Positions 27,268 through 37,025 of a stretch of 64,000 nt of DNA are shown one piece after another (positions within the stretch are counted from its first letter, which is position 1; every line of letters starts with the position of its first letter). The position numbers were made by a program, and so were the translations under genes. The notes under the pieces are model-generated. The model searched no databases and had not been told where the DNA came from. It saw nothing but the letters and a program-made list of their open reading frames with translations. This stretch comes from an uncultured virus (IMG/VR IMGVR_UViG_3300031951_000061) (Duplodnaviria; Heunggongvirae; Uroviricota; Caudoviricetes): IMG/VR virus record IMGVR_UViG_3300031951_000061, one strand, 5' to 3'.

Positions 27268-27675
27268 TTATTTATCCCAATCGGTATCAACTGGTTGTTC
27301 TTCTGGCATTGCACCATCTGGCTTAGAAAGTCTACGTGCTTTTGCTTCATCAATTTCTGACTCTAATTTTTTATCTGCCATTGTATTTTTAGCATCAACT
27401 TCTTTGTTTGCAATCTGTGCTGCCATAACATCTTTAGCACCAGATGAGCCAATTAATAAACCAGCAAGTGTTCCTGTAATAAATGTTGCTACGCTACCAA
27501 GAACATTAAAAAACATTTTATCGTTTTCTGATTGTCCTGTAATTGGCTGTGTAACAAATATAAGGGCATACATGATGCCTGTTGCAGTTATAAATAAAAT
27601 TGATCCTAGTGTGATACCTAAGATAAACTTAAGTCTTGCATCTAACTCTTGAGGAGTTAATCTTTCTTTAGCCAT
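27268..27675 (-). CDS. two-TM membrane protein, holin candidate
   Basis: Two TM helices and a charged tail, directly upstream of the endolysin. Confidence 0.55.
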   Translation of the reverse strand: MAKERLTPQELDARLKFILGITLGSILFITATGIMYALIFVTQPITGQSENDKMFFNVLGSVATFITGTLAGLLIGSSGAKDVMAAQIANKEVDAKNTMADKKLESEIDEAKARRLSKPDGAMPEEQPVDTDWDK

Positions 27676-28138
27676 TTATTTTCTCCTTTGCTTCTTTGGA
27701 ATAAAATTCAATTTGTTTTTGACATGTTTTAGTAAGATTGTTTTTTATTTTATTAATTATATTAATGTCTGAACCTTGTTCTAAAAGATTAGCATATTCT
27801 AAAACATAAAGATCTCTTTGAATATTTTTGCTAAATTGGTTTTGTAAAATTTTTTCTGTTCTATTTTCTGTAGTACAAAAAATATATACTAGGTTTTCTG
27901 CTTTTTCTCCTATTAAAGACTTAACTTCTGACCTTGAAATTTCTAAATTAGCATTATAATAGTAAGTTCCATATATTGAGTGAAAAAGTCCAGCATCTAT
28001 GAGATATTGCTTTGTTGGATAAAGTTTTTTAATTATATTAGATGTGCCTACTAAATGATCAAAAAGACTTCTTCCACTATGAGAACTATCTTGTGTTTTT
28101 TCGTAAAGATATATAATTTTCTTATCAAGCATTTCCAT
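27668..28138 (-). CDS. HD-like protein (DUF6817-like)
   Basis: HSGRSLFDHLVGT, AGLFHSIYGT, IGEKAENLVYIF. Confidence 0.7.
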   Translation of the reverse strand: MEMLDKKIIYLYEKTQDSSHSGRSLFDHLVGTSNIIKKLYPTKQYLIDAGLFHSIYGTYYYNANLEISRSEVKSLIGEKAENLVYIFCTTENRTEKILQNQFSKNIQRDLYVLEYANLLEQGSDINIINKIKNNLTKTCQKQIEFYSKEAKEKING

Positions 28139-28159
28139 TATCTTTTTATCCCCCTTTTA

Positions 28160-28336
28160 TTATTTTGTTAAATCTTCTGGACATGCCCCGTTAGCAGTAC
28201 AAATTGGTGGTTTGCATTCTGCTGATTCCCAGTTTACTGGGTCTTGGCATGGATATCTATAATGACCATCATATCCACAGCCAGACAATCCTAATGCTAG
28301 GATGCTTGATAGTAGGAGTATGCGTAGTTTTGACAT
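28160..28336 (-). CDS. small Cys-rich lipoprotein, 58 aa (not in ORF track)
   Basis: Lipobox LSGC; YRYPCQDPVNW..CKPPIC..GACP; leaderless promoter. Confidence 0.8.
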   Translation of the reverse strand: MSKLRILLLSSILALGLSGCGYDGHYRYPCQDPVNWESAECKPPICTANGACPEDLTK

Positions 28337-28354
28337 ACTCCCATTATATCAAAC

Positions 28355-28531
28355 TTATTCGTCTTCTTTACGAATCCCTATGGTTGCAAACCATATGGCT
28401 ACTGATGCTAGGGTTACATACCCTACTACCGTCTTTGCGCTACCCTCTAAAACCACCCATGCTACAAAGAAGCCAAGAAATGTAAAGTTTTCATTGAGGA
28501 TTGCCATACCCCATTGCTTTAACTTATTCAT
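28355..28531 (-). CDS. small membrane protein
   Basis: Two hydrophobic segments; AAGGAG SD. Confidence 0.7.
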   Translation of the reverse strand: MNKLKQWGMAILNENFTFLGFFVAWVVLEGSAKTVVGYVTLASVAIWFATIGIRKEDE

Positions 28532-28532
28532 T

Positions 28533-31121
28533 TTATCTCCTTCTTCTAGGTGCAGTAGCAACAATTAATTGACCAGCAATAATTGTTACAACCACAATAT
28601 CTTCTGCTTTTTCACGTTCTGGAATAGACATATCAGCACCCATGCTAAGTAGTGCTTTGCCTAATTCACATTTTTGCTCTTCTGTCAAACCTTCAATTGC
28701 TTCATCTGGATTAAAACAAGTAGCAACCGCATCTAATAATGCTGCTGGACTTTCTAATACAAGCAATGCTGAAGCCACTTCTGCAGTAATAACCACAGGG
28801 TTACCACTAGCATCTTCTCTTACCTCTACTGGAATTAATGGTGGAAGGTCACGATATTCAAGTCCCGCCGCCTCTATGGCTCCTGCTTCAACTGGAGCAC
28901 CTTCTGCTGATGTTACTAAAACATCTGCAACTAAATCTTTTTCTACTAAAGTAAACTTACCATCTTCAGATAATGCCTCTGATAAATTTACAACTTCTGC
29001 AGTTGTTATTTCTCCATCTGCTGATAACATTTCTGTAATAAATTCTGCCTCTGATTCTGTTAATCCACCTTCCGATAATGTAGATGAAACTTCTGCAGCA
29101 ATTTCTTCAGATACTTCTCCACCATTAGCAATTGCCTCTAAAACTTCGGTAACTTCAGAAGCACCTAAACCACTATCTGAAACTAAATCACTAACTATAT
29201 CTTGAACTTCTTCTACGGATAAGGTATCATTATCTTGTGCAATTTCTTCAAAAGAATCCTGACTTTCTTCAAGAATATTTTCTAGTTCATCGCTGGATGA
29301 AGATTCATCAGATTCAGGTGTATCCGTTTCAGGAGATTCAGTTTCTTCGGAAGGCACTTCTTCAGCAGGAGTCTCTTCCACAGGAGTTTCTTCTATCTCT
29401 GTACTTTCCTCTTCAGTCGGAGTGGTTAAGTCTGGTAAGTTTTGTTCAGGAGCATAGATAAATACTGGCTCTGGTGCTGGAGACACAACAACTTCTTCTG
29501 CGGGTATAGAAACAACAACCTCTGTATACTCACTTACAGGTCCAGACCAGTTAGCAATTCTAATAGTATAAGTAGTGCCTTCTGTTAAACCAGTTAGTTC
29601 AATAGACTCTGGAGCGCCGTCTGTATTATAGGTGCCACCCTCATATGGGTTTTCTGCATCTGGGTCATCTGTTATTACTTGATAAAACCAAGTGTTTGCT
29701 GTGTACCCTTCTGGTAGTTCTGGTGCAATAACAACTGTTGTTCCTTCAATTACTGGTTCTGATAACACTGGTGCTGGAGTAGGAATATGACTATTAATTG
29801 CTGTAATTAATTCTTGAGCATTTGTATTTAATTGTGTTTGTAAATTTGTTTTAGTAGATACCGTTGAATTTAAAGCATTTGTCAATGAAGTTGTATTAAT
29901 AGCATTTATTGCTGATGTGTTTATAGTATTTTGAGAAACTACTGGAGTAAGACTTTGATTTAATTGTGTAATGGCAGCATTTGCTGCATCTACTGCTGCT
30001 TGTACAGTTGCTGTACTAGTGTCTACAATTGGAGTAAATGCAGGACCTTGACTTATTTGTCCAGAAAATCCTGATCCCACATTTGTATCTACAATAGGAG
30101 TAATATCTCCATTAGTTGTTTCTCTAACATTAAATCTTGCCTGATCTGGTATTGGTCCGACTGCAGTTACATTTGCCATCCAAGCACCATTATTTGGATT
30201 AACATCAGCATTAAATCTAATTTGAACCATTTGTGTTGATGCATCTTGTTGTGGAAATGGTCTTAAATCCCAAGCAATATCTAGACTTGATCCAGTTGTT
30301 GCGTATGTAATTCCTGTTCCTGTACTCCAAGTTGTCCAGTCCCATCCAGCAATAGAAACTGATGGAGCATTTGGAGTTTGATAATAAATCCATCCTTCAT
30401 CCACACCAAATGTAATTGTTGCATTAGATCCTACATAAACATTATTATAAAGAGTTCCGCCCATTAATAAACTAAATGGAAGATTCATTCTTATGCCAGC
30501 ATCATCAACTCCAGCCAAAACGTTAGTGCTAGTTCCAATAGTTGCTTGTAAATTATTGACTGCTGTTTGAGCATTATCAATTGCAATGTTGGCTTGAGTT
30601 AATTCTGTTTGAGCAGTTGTTTGTGCTGTTGCTGCTTCAGTTTTTGCTGTAATAGCCTCAGATATTTGAACCTGTGCTGTTGAAGTATCAATATTATTTA
30701 TAGAGGTTTGGGCTGTAACAATAGTATCTTTAGCATCTTGAACTACTTGCGAACTTTGATCTATTGGTGTAACAGATAAATTTATAGCACTGATTGTTGC
30801 TGTGGCTGTGTCTACTAAGGCTACATTTGATTGTGCTACCGAAACTGTTGCAGTCAATGTTTCTACTGCTTCCTGAGCCTCTACCCTTTCAGCAACTGCT
30901 ACTGCTATAGTGGCTGTGGCAGTATCCGTGGCTGCAATAGCCTGCTGGACCTCTGTAGTGGCTGTTGCAAGGGCTGTATTAACTGCTTGTTGAGCAGGGC
31001 TAATAACAACTTGTTCTTGATTTTCTGTAGCATGAGCACGATCAGGAGCCATTATTCCAAAAATTGTTAAGCACAGTCCCACCCCAAAGGCTAATATTAG
31101 TCTTCGTTTGAGATTGGTCAA
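28533..31121 (-). CDS. large exported acidic surface protein
   Basis: Signal peptide, Ala/Thr coiled region, FN3-like LTGLTEGTTYTIRI, Glu/Pro linker, C-terminal hydrophobic anchor plus RRRR. Confidence 0.7.
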   Translation of the reverse strand: MTNLKRRLILAFGVGLCLTIFGIMAPDRAHATENQEQVVISPAQQAVNTALATATTEVQQAIAATDTATATIAVAVAERVEAQEAVETLTATVSVAQSNVALVDTATATISAINLSVTPIDQSSQVVQDAKDTIVTAQTSINNIDTSTAQVQISEAITAKTEAATAQTTAQTELTQANIAIDNAQTAVNNLQATIGTSTNVLAGVDDAGIRMNLPFSLLMGGTLYNNVYVGSNATITFGVDEGWIYYQTPNAPSVSIAGWDWTTWSTGTGITYATTGSSLDIAWDLRPFPQQDASTQMVQIRFNADVNPNNGAWMANVTAVGPIPDQARFNVRETTNGDITPIVDTNVGSGFSGQISQGPAFTPIVDTSTATVQAAVDAANAAITQLNQSLTPVVSQNTINTSAINAINTTSLTNALNSTVSTKTNLQTQLNTNAQELITAINSHIPTPAPVLSEPVIEGTTVVIAPELPEGYTANTWFYQVITDDPDAENPYEGGTYNTDGAPESIELTGLTEGTTYTIRIANWSGPVSEYTEVVVSIPAEEVVVSPAPEPVFIYAPEQNLPDLTTPTEEESTEIEETPVEETPAEEVPSEETESPETDTPESDESSSSDELENILEESQDSFEEIAQDNDTLSVEEVQDIVSDLVSDSGLGASEVTEVLEAIANGGEVSEEIAAEVSSTLSEGGLTESEAEFITEMLSADGEITTAEVVNLSEALSEDGKFTLVEKDLVADVLVTSAEGAPVEAGAIEAAGLEYRDLPPLIPVEVREDASGNPVVITAEVASALLVLESPAALLDAVATCFNPDEAIEGLTEEQKCELGKALLSMGADMSIPEREKAEDIVVVTIIAGQLIVATAPRRRR

Positions 31122-31157
31122 TTGAGTGGTGGTCTCCTATGTGTAATTATATTAGTA

Positions 31158-31166
31158 ATTATACCA
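31158..31166 (-). promoter_or_regulatory. extended -10 promoter
   Basis: TGGTATAAT upstream of an AGGAG SD. Confidence 0.55.
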
Positions 31167-31175
31167 TTTTTATTC

Positions 31176-31208
31176 AATAAAAAAGAGGGTAGAAATTAAT
31201 CTACCCTC
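31176..31208 (-). terminator. intrinsic terminator
   Basis: GAGGGTAGA/TCTACCCTC stem followed by TTTTTTATT. Confidence 0.8.
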
Positions 31209-31226
31209 AATTTTTATAAGGAGTTG

Positions 31227-32825
31227 TTAAGCCTTAACCTTTTTCTGAATCTTTAATACAAGATTAGTTAAGGTTGTAATTAATGTCTTAAGTTGTGCAA
31301 CGGTTACAGCCAATGCAGCCACTGCAGCAAGTGCTTGTGATGCTGAATCGGTTACTGTTGCAGTTGCAGACACTTTTACTTGACCTGCTGCTGGCAAATC
31401 AGTTCCACCAGTTGCACTGATAGTAACTGCACCTGCAGATAATGGCATGAAAACTTTGTAAGTCTTTACACCATTTGCGTCAGTTGTAATAGATGTTGCA
31501 GTAATTGTGTCGCTTGATCCACCAAAGGAATAACTTGTAGTAATTCCTGTAGAAGCAAGTAGGTTAGCATATGTCTTTCCAGACAATACTGCACCTGTTG
31601 CATCAACTGGTGAAAGAGTAATTGTGGCTTGCTCTCCTGCTACGTAGTTTGCTTTATCAAAAGCCAACTTAATAGAAGCAACTGCAGCCTCTACACGCAC
31701 AGTTACTGTGTCTGCAGAGATTGTTCCACTCTTTACTACTACACCTGCTGAACCAGTTTTAACACCAGCCAAAGAAAACAATGCTTCACCATTAGAGATA
31801 GAAGCAGTTGTTGCCGAATTGCTGATTACTGTTAAGTCTGCTGATGTTGCTGTTAATGTTCCTGCTCCTACAACTACGCCAGCAGCATCATATGCTACGG
31901 CAGAAATTGCATCTGCATTAGAACCTAAAGCAATTGTTGGCTTCTTGACAGTTGTAACAACTTTAGCAATGTCGCCATAGAATGTTACCTTTTCTGTTGC
32001 CAAGATTACGCCAGATGCTGAGGTAAGTGTAATTGCTCCTACGCCAGATGTTCCATCAGAGAATACTCCGATATAACTTCCTGCAGGAATAACTAATGAT
32101 CTACCTAAAGCAGAAATAGTTGCATGGTTTGTACCATGTCCTAACATACCTGCACCTGAAACAGTTGCTGTAATTGATTCTGAAGCAGAACCGTTGGCAG
32201 CATTCTTTTGAGTTAATACAATAACTGCTGCAGCATCAGAAGACACAGCCTTTGAAGCATATACAGTTGCGTCTGTTGTTGCTGAAATTGTTTCACCAGC
32301 ATTTAAAATAGATGTTGTATAAGCAGTTGATGCCTTAAGATCTGGAGCGGTAACAGTAACTGTCCATGTAAGGGCAGCAGATGTAACTGAACCAGATGCG
32401 CTAGTTAATGTAGGAATAAATCTAACTACATATGTTCCAGCAACGCTAGGCACATGAAGTGATGCTGTCAATTTTGCAGTAACATAACCAGTAGTGTTAG
32501 TTGCTGGTGAAATTGATGCTGTTTTTGTATCTGATGATAGCGCCACTGTTGCACTAGATGTTTCTGTAACAGCAAACTGTGGAACGCTAGCAGTAGATGG
32601 GGCAGACAACACTGCAGATATTACCGAAACGGTATCTCCAATTGATGTTCCCAAAAATGATACTGACACAACTGCTGTTGCAGTCTCGCCAGGATTAATT
32701 GTGTCTGCTACGGCATCAATGCTAACAACGTCAGCATATACTGTAGCCTGTGTCGGAAGTGCCGACATCACGCCAAGTGTCAAGGCTGCAGCCAAGACTG
32801 TGGCAAGTTTCTTAAATGAATTCAT
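31227..32825 (-). CDS. Ala/Thr/Ser/Val-rich Ig-like surface (S-layer-like) protein
   Basis: MNSFKKLA signal peptide; beta-rich body; C-terminal amphipathic helix LITTLTNLVLKIQKKVKA. Confidence 0.7.
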   Translation of the reverse strand: MNSFKKLATVLAAALTLGVMSALPTQATVYADVVSIDAVADTINPGETATAVVSVSFLGTSIGDTVSVISAVLSAPSTASVPQFAVTETSSATVALSSDTKTASISPATNTTGYVTAKLTASLHVPSVAGTYVVRFIPTLTSASGSVTSAALTWTVTVTAPDLKASTAYTTSILNAGETISATTDATVYASKAVSSDAAAVIVLTQKNAANGSASESITATVSGAGMLGHGTNHATISALGRSLVIPAGSYIGVFSDGTSGVGAITLTSASGVILATEKVTFYGDIAKVVTTVKKPTIALGSNADAISAVAYDAAGVVVGAGTLTATSADLTVISNSATTASISNGEALFSLAGVKTGSAGVVVKSGTISADTVTVRVEAAVASIKLAFDKANYVAGEQATITLSPVDATGAVLSGKTYANLLASTGITTSYSFGGSSDTITATSITTDANGVKTYKVFMPLSAGAVTISATGGTDLPAAGQVKVSATATVTDSASQALAAVAALAVTVAQLKTLITTLTNLVLKIQKKVKA

Positions 32826-32841
32826 TCTTCTCCTTATTATT

Positions 32842-34626
32842 TTATATTAAGTTTAATTTATCCAGAAAGTCCTTAACATCGTTAGGCATTTCCCGATTAT
32901 CCAATTCTACCATACGTTGCTGCTTCTCAGCAAGTCGTGTTGCAGAACTCCATGTGTGAATCTCTATCTCTGTATTATTATTCTTCTGTGTATGAGATAT
33001 TGCTCCAAATACCGCCCCACATACAGCATCAGCCAAGTCTTTTGACTTTTTACGGGGATGGTCAACTCTATTTCCTTTCATTATTTTTAATTCTGACATT
33101 TCTTCTAACAAAATTGGAATCATTGGGATAGCAACACGCTCTTCATAAATCATCATAGCCAAATCTTCATAATGTTTTTTTGCAACTGAAACAGTTTCTG
33201 TTCTAATTCCAACAGCCTGTAACTCATTTTGAATATCAAATGATTGCCAACGGTCAAAAGAAACCATGCCAATATTAAAACCTTCTCTACGCAAGTTAAT
33301 AATCCATTGCTTTACTTCTGATAAATTAACTGGTCCCTCTGCCCTTGGCTCCCACCAAGCAACGGCATCAACAACAACAATAGGGGCTACCTGTTCATAA
33401 TCTTTAATAACCTGAATGTTGACCCACTTATCAACGTGGGCAATAGCAACAGCACACTTGTCATGTTTTTGTGCAAGGTCTGCATGAACATAATATGTTT
33501 TTTCTGGATCTGGTTTAAATGTTTCATCAAACCTTCTAAAAGAGTCTAATGGGTTTCTAGTGTTCATACATTTTTCTAATTTATCTTTTTGTTTAAAAAA
33601 TGCGTCAGATGCAAATGTTGGCATGCATGCAAAACGCATCATTGCATCACCTAAGTCTGTATAGAATGCTAACTTAAAATCATCTATTTTACGAGTAGGA
33701 TTTACTTCCCAAGTTGGTTTTTTAAAAGCCAAAATTTTTGGAACTTTATAAGAAATAATATTATCTTCTTCCCAATTAATTTCAAATTGATTATTTGGAT
33801 CATCGTGTGGTAAGTCTTCATTCATAATAAAAACATGTTTTTTTTCTATTGTTTCTTTTTCTGCAATTACATCTTCATATCTTTTAGAAATAAAATCTCC
33901 TTGATATCGTGGAAAAGAAAGTAAAACTACTTTACCAAGATCTGGAAAACGAGAATCTACAGACCCACGAAATGCTTTATAAATGTTTTCTGCAGTTTTG
34001 CCTTGCTCATTTCCAGTGCCGACCTCAGATGCAAAACCAGAAATTTCATCAAGCACGGCAAGCAATAAGTTTAAACCTTCGTGTGATTCTCTTTCTGAAT
34101 GACCAGAATAAACTGTGATTGATTTATCAAACTCTACAGAGTCTGCTTTAGCATTATATTTGCCAGCAAACCATGGTGACTTTTCAATCTTTGTTTTAAA
34201 GCCTTTAAAGAAAACATTTTTTGCTTGTTGTGCGTTTATAGCAACGTTAATTAAATCTATTGCATCTCCACTTGGTTTCCCGAAATATCTTGCAGGGTCT
34301 TTAAGACATAATAACTTATAAACAATATAAGCACAAGCAACAGTAGAGGTAAAGTCTTTACCAGAGCCTTTGCCCAACTGTAAAATAATCTCATTTTTAG
34401 TATATTTATCATAGTACCTTGCTCCTTCTACAGACCCATACAGTTCTTGCAAATCTTCTCTTTTATATATTTGACTCATTGCTTCTACAATGTCATACTG
34501 AATAGAGGATAATGGTGGCTGCCCCAAATAATCAGAAGACTCAACAAAAGTTTTTGCGTCTACTGGTTTTTCTTCAAATTGATTTTCTTTTAATACCTCA
34601 AGAAAATCATTGAACATCGTGGACAA
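32842..34626 (-). CDS. terL: terminase large subunit
   Basis: Walker A LGKGSGKD, Walker B AVLDE, nuclease motifs HADLA, FDRWQ, DLADA. Confidence 0.88.
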   Translation of the reverse strand: MSTMFNDFLEVLKENQFEEKPVDAKTFVESSDYLGQPPLSSIQYDIVEAMSQIYKREDLQELYGSVEGARYYDKYTKNEIILQLGKGSGKDFTSTVACAYIVYKLLCLKDPARYFGKPSGDAIDLINVAINAQQAKNVFFKGFKTKIEKSPWFAGKYNAKADSVEFDKSITVYSGHSERESHEGLNLLLAVLDEISGFASEVGTGNEQGKTAENIYKAFRGSVDSRFPDLGKVVLLSFPRYQGDFISKRYEDVIAEKETIEKKHVFIMNEDLPHDDPNNQFEINWEEDNIISYKVPKILAFKKPTWEVNPTRKIDDFKLAFYTDLGDAMMRFACMPTFASDAFFKQKDKLEKCMNTRNPLDSFRRFDETFKPDPEKTYYVHADLAQKHDKCAVAIAHVDKWVNIQVIKDYEQVAPIVVVDAVAWWEPRAEGPVNLSEVKQWIINLRREGFNIGMVSFDRWQSFDIQNELQAVGIRTETVSVAKKHYEDLAMMIYEERVAIPMIPILLEEMSELKIMKGNRVDHPRKKSKDLADAVCGAVFGAISHTQKNNNTEIEIHTWSSATRLAEKQQRMVELDNREMPNDVKDFLDKLNLI

Positions 34627-35143
34627 TTGTAATCACTTCTCCTTCTTTAGCAATCTGAGAAAGACGTTGCATAATTAAATCACGTACTTCTGGATGACTT
34701 GAAGCAATATCTCTAAGTATTTCAACTAAGACCTCTTGCCTTCTTTCAATCTGAATCATTTCTTCTGCAAGTTCTTTATTTTCTAATAGTCCAGCCTTTT
34801 GTAACATCTCAATTCTAGATTTTTCAATATCCATAACCAATTTAATTGCTTGAGTTTTTGCACTAAGATTATTTGTCATTGATGCCTCATCAATAACTTC
34901 GTAGGACTTTGTAATTAATTTACTGTAATGTGCATCTGCACCAGCAAGTGCTTCTTTAGCACGAGCACGAATAGCGTCATTGGCAGATGCCATAACTTTC
35001 CATTCATTAATTAATGAAACAACACGAGTTCTTGGCATATCTAAATCTTTAGAAATTTTTGTAGGGTCTTGACCTTTAAGATATTCTGCAACAACCTTAT
35101 TTACTTCGTCAAGGTGTTGAATTAATTCTGTTTCAGTTGACAT
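34607..35143 (-). CDS. HTH/coiled-coil protein, terminase small subunit candidate
   Basis: N-terminal HTH-like segment; directly upstream of terL. Confidence 0.5.
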   Translation of the reverse strand: MSTETELIQHLDEVNKVVAEYLKGQDPTKISKDLDMPRTRVVSLINEWKVMASANDAIRARAKEALAGADAHYSKLITKSYEVIDEASMTNNLSAKTQAIKLVMDIEKSRIEMLQKAGLLENKELAEEMIQIERRQEVLVEILRDIASSHPEVRDLIMQRLSQIAKEGEVITIVHDVQ

Positions 35144-35468
35144 GTTTTTCCTTTGCTACTTTTAATAAAATTAAATATCCAATTAAGTCATCAATGTCAT
35201 TGTCCCCCACCATATCAGTGCCTTTCATTAGACGACTTAATTTATCATCTATTCTGACATGAAGTTGTTCTATTGGATTTGCCTTACTAAAAATTCTTAC
35301 TGGATCTAATGCAGAATCTCCATATGAAATATTTTTTTCAATTAACATTTGTGCAATTCCTAAACAATTCATCAATATTTCATTGCCAGATGGCGCAGAT
35401 AATGAATGTAGATATAGGTCATTATAAACAAAGTGATCAATATCTTTATATACTGGAACTGGCTTCAT
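35133..35468 (-). CDS. nucleotide modification-associated domain protein (DUF1599-like)
   Basis: EKNISYGDS, RIDDKLSRL, DDLIGYLIL. Confidence 0.7.
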   Translation of the reverse strand: MKPVPVYKDIDHFVYNDLYLHSLSAPSGNEILMNCLGIAQMLIEKNISYGDSALDPVRIFSKANPIEQLHVRIDDKLSRLMKGTDMVGDNDIDDLIGYLILLKVAKEKHVN

Positions 35469-35620
35469 CGTTTTGACTTCCTTAATCCAAATTTTGCAAG
35501 GTATACATAGATAGTTTCAACACTAGTTCTACATTCCTTAGCAATGTCTTGCGGAGACTTTTTGTCCATAACAAACCTTTTACGGAGCCAAGCCTCGCTT
35601 GTATATAGTTTAGCAGTCAT
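35465..35620 (-). CDS. small HTH protein, 51 aa (not in ORF track)
   Basis: WLRKRF..KSPQDIAKECRTSVETIYVYLAKFGL. Confidence 0.75.
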   Translation of the reverse strand: MTAKLYTSEAWLRKRFVMDKKSPQDIAKECRTSVETIYVYLAKFGLRKSKR

Positions 35621-35624
35621 AAGA

Positions 35625-36278
35625 TTATTTGTCAATCTCTGTTTCTTTATTTATAATATCATAAAAATAACTATCGGAATCTTCAGTTATCCATTTAGAG
35701 GCATCTTCTACATCCCATTTATAGGTATTTATTAAACGATTTATTAATGGCTTCCCTGGTTTTGTAGTAAATGAAGGCTCTAAAGCAAAAACACGGTTAT
35801 TTGGCTGTATTGCAAAATTTCCATCATCTCTTTGTATTACATGACCACATTTATGTTGCCCTGGATTTTCTGAATAGCCATCGTCAAGTCTATTAGAATC
35901 AGGATTGTGCCAATCAAGAGTAAATAAATATTTACCAGAAATTTTTGTTTTTGTTCTATCAATATAGGTCATGCGTATGTTTGTAAGGTTAGCAAATTTA
36001 GTTACAGTTATAAAAGGGCTAAACGAATTCCATAAAACAAGATTATGAAGATCTTCTTCCGCTACATCTGGCTTAGTACAAAAAGCATTAATAGGCATTC
36101 TCCACCAGATACCGCCATCTTCCATTAAAAAATGAAATAATGGGCTACGGTTTTGCACACTTGAAACTCCAAAAATTACACAAGGAAAATATTGATCATG
36201 ACTATCAAGTTGATTTCTTAAAAAATTACCACGAACATAGCATTCAATTGGTGGTATATTTGCATTTAATTCTGGCAT
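35625..36278 (-). CDS. hypothetical phage protein
   Basis: LNANIPP, WRMPINAF, YLFTLDW, QHKCGH, GNFAIQPNNR. Confidence 0.75.
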   Translation of the reverse strand: MPELNANIPPIECYVRGNFLRNQLDSHDQYFPCVIFGVSSVQNRSPLFHFLMEDGGIWWRMPINAFCTKPDVAEEDLHNLVLWNSFSPFITVTKFANLTNIRMTYIDRTKTKISGKYLFTLDWHNPDSNRLDDGYSENPGQHKCGHVIQRDDGNFAIQPNNRVFALEPSFTTKPGKPLINRLINTYKWDVEDASKWITEDSDSYFYDIINKETEIDK

Positions 36279-36451
36279 TACACACTACCCCTTGTCATTG
36301 TTTTAAGTTTATCCCAAAAACCCCCAGGATTTCCTTGATAAACTTGTCCAGTTTCACGATCTATTAATAACCATTTTTCTGGAGATAGTGTTTTTACAAT
36401 TAAAGAAATTTCAGTTTTTTCTTCTTTAAAAATAAAACTATTTCTATTCAT
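36278..36451 (-). CDS. hypothetical protein, 57 aa (not in ORF track)
   Basis: KTLSPEKWLLIDRETGQVYQG; fills the gap with overlaps. Confidence 0.65.
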   Translation of the reverse strand: MNRNSFIFKEEKTEISLIVKTLSPEKWLLIDRETGQVYQGNPGGFWDKLKTMTRGSV

Positions 36452-37025
36452 TATAACCTACTGCTTTATTCCAATTATTAATAGCCCAGTGACCGATACC
36501 ACAAGCATCAGCAACGTCATTATCGTTAATAGTTTTATTATAATTGATTTCAATTAATTTTATAGTTCTTTCTTTTCTAATTTGTCTTTCATATGTTTTA
36601 TACCAAGAGTCTGACTTTCCAGGATTTTTTGATCTAATTATAACTTGTTCTTCTTTTGTTATTTTTTTATTTCCTAAATAATTTTGCCAAGTTATTGGCG
36701 CTACAGTTCCTATGACCTTTGTTCCAGTCAATCCTGCTGCACCTAATAATGCACCTTGCACTAATGCTAAATCTGCAGCAGTTTTAGGACTATTCATAAA
36801 TACTGTGTGCTCAATTACAATTGCTTCAAGTCCACCATAATATTCAAAAAATGCTTTTGTTTTAGCACAAGCATCCATAACTTTTTCATAATTTGTCTTT
36901 CCTTCAAATTTAATTTTACCAATACTACCTAAAACATTATTATTAAAAATAGCAAAAGCAAGACTGTTTGTGCTTGCATCAATAGCACAAATTGTTTTTG
37001 GATTACCATTGTTGTTCATAGTCAA
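36444..37025 (-). CDS. RuvC-like Holliday junction resolvase
   Basis: AIDAST, IVIE, DNDVADA acidic residues. Confidence 0.75.
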   Translation of the reverse strand: MTMNNNGNPKTICAIDASTNSLAFAIFNNNVLGSIGKIKFEGKTNYEKVMDACAKTKAFFEYYGGLEAIVIEHTVFMNSPKTAADLALVQGALLGAAGLTGTKVIGTVAPITWQNYLGNKKITKEEQVIIRSKNPGKSDSWYKTYERQIRKERTIKLIEINYNKTINDNDVADACGIGHWAINNWNKAVGYNE

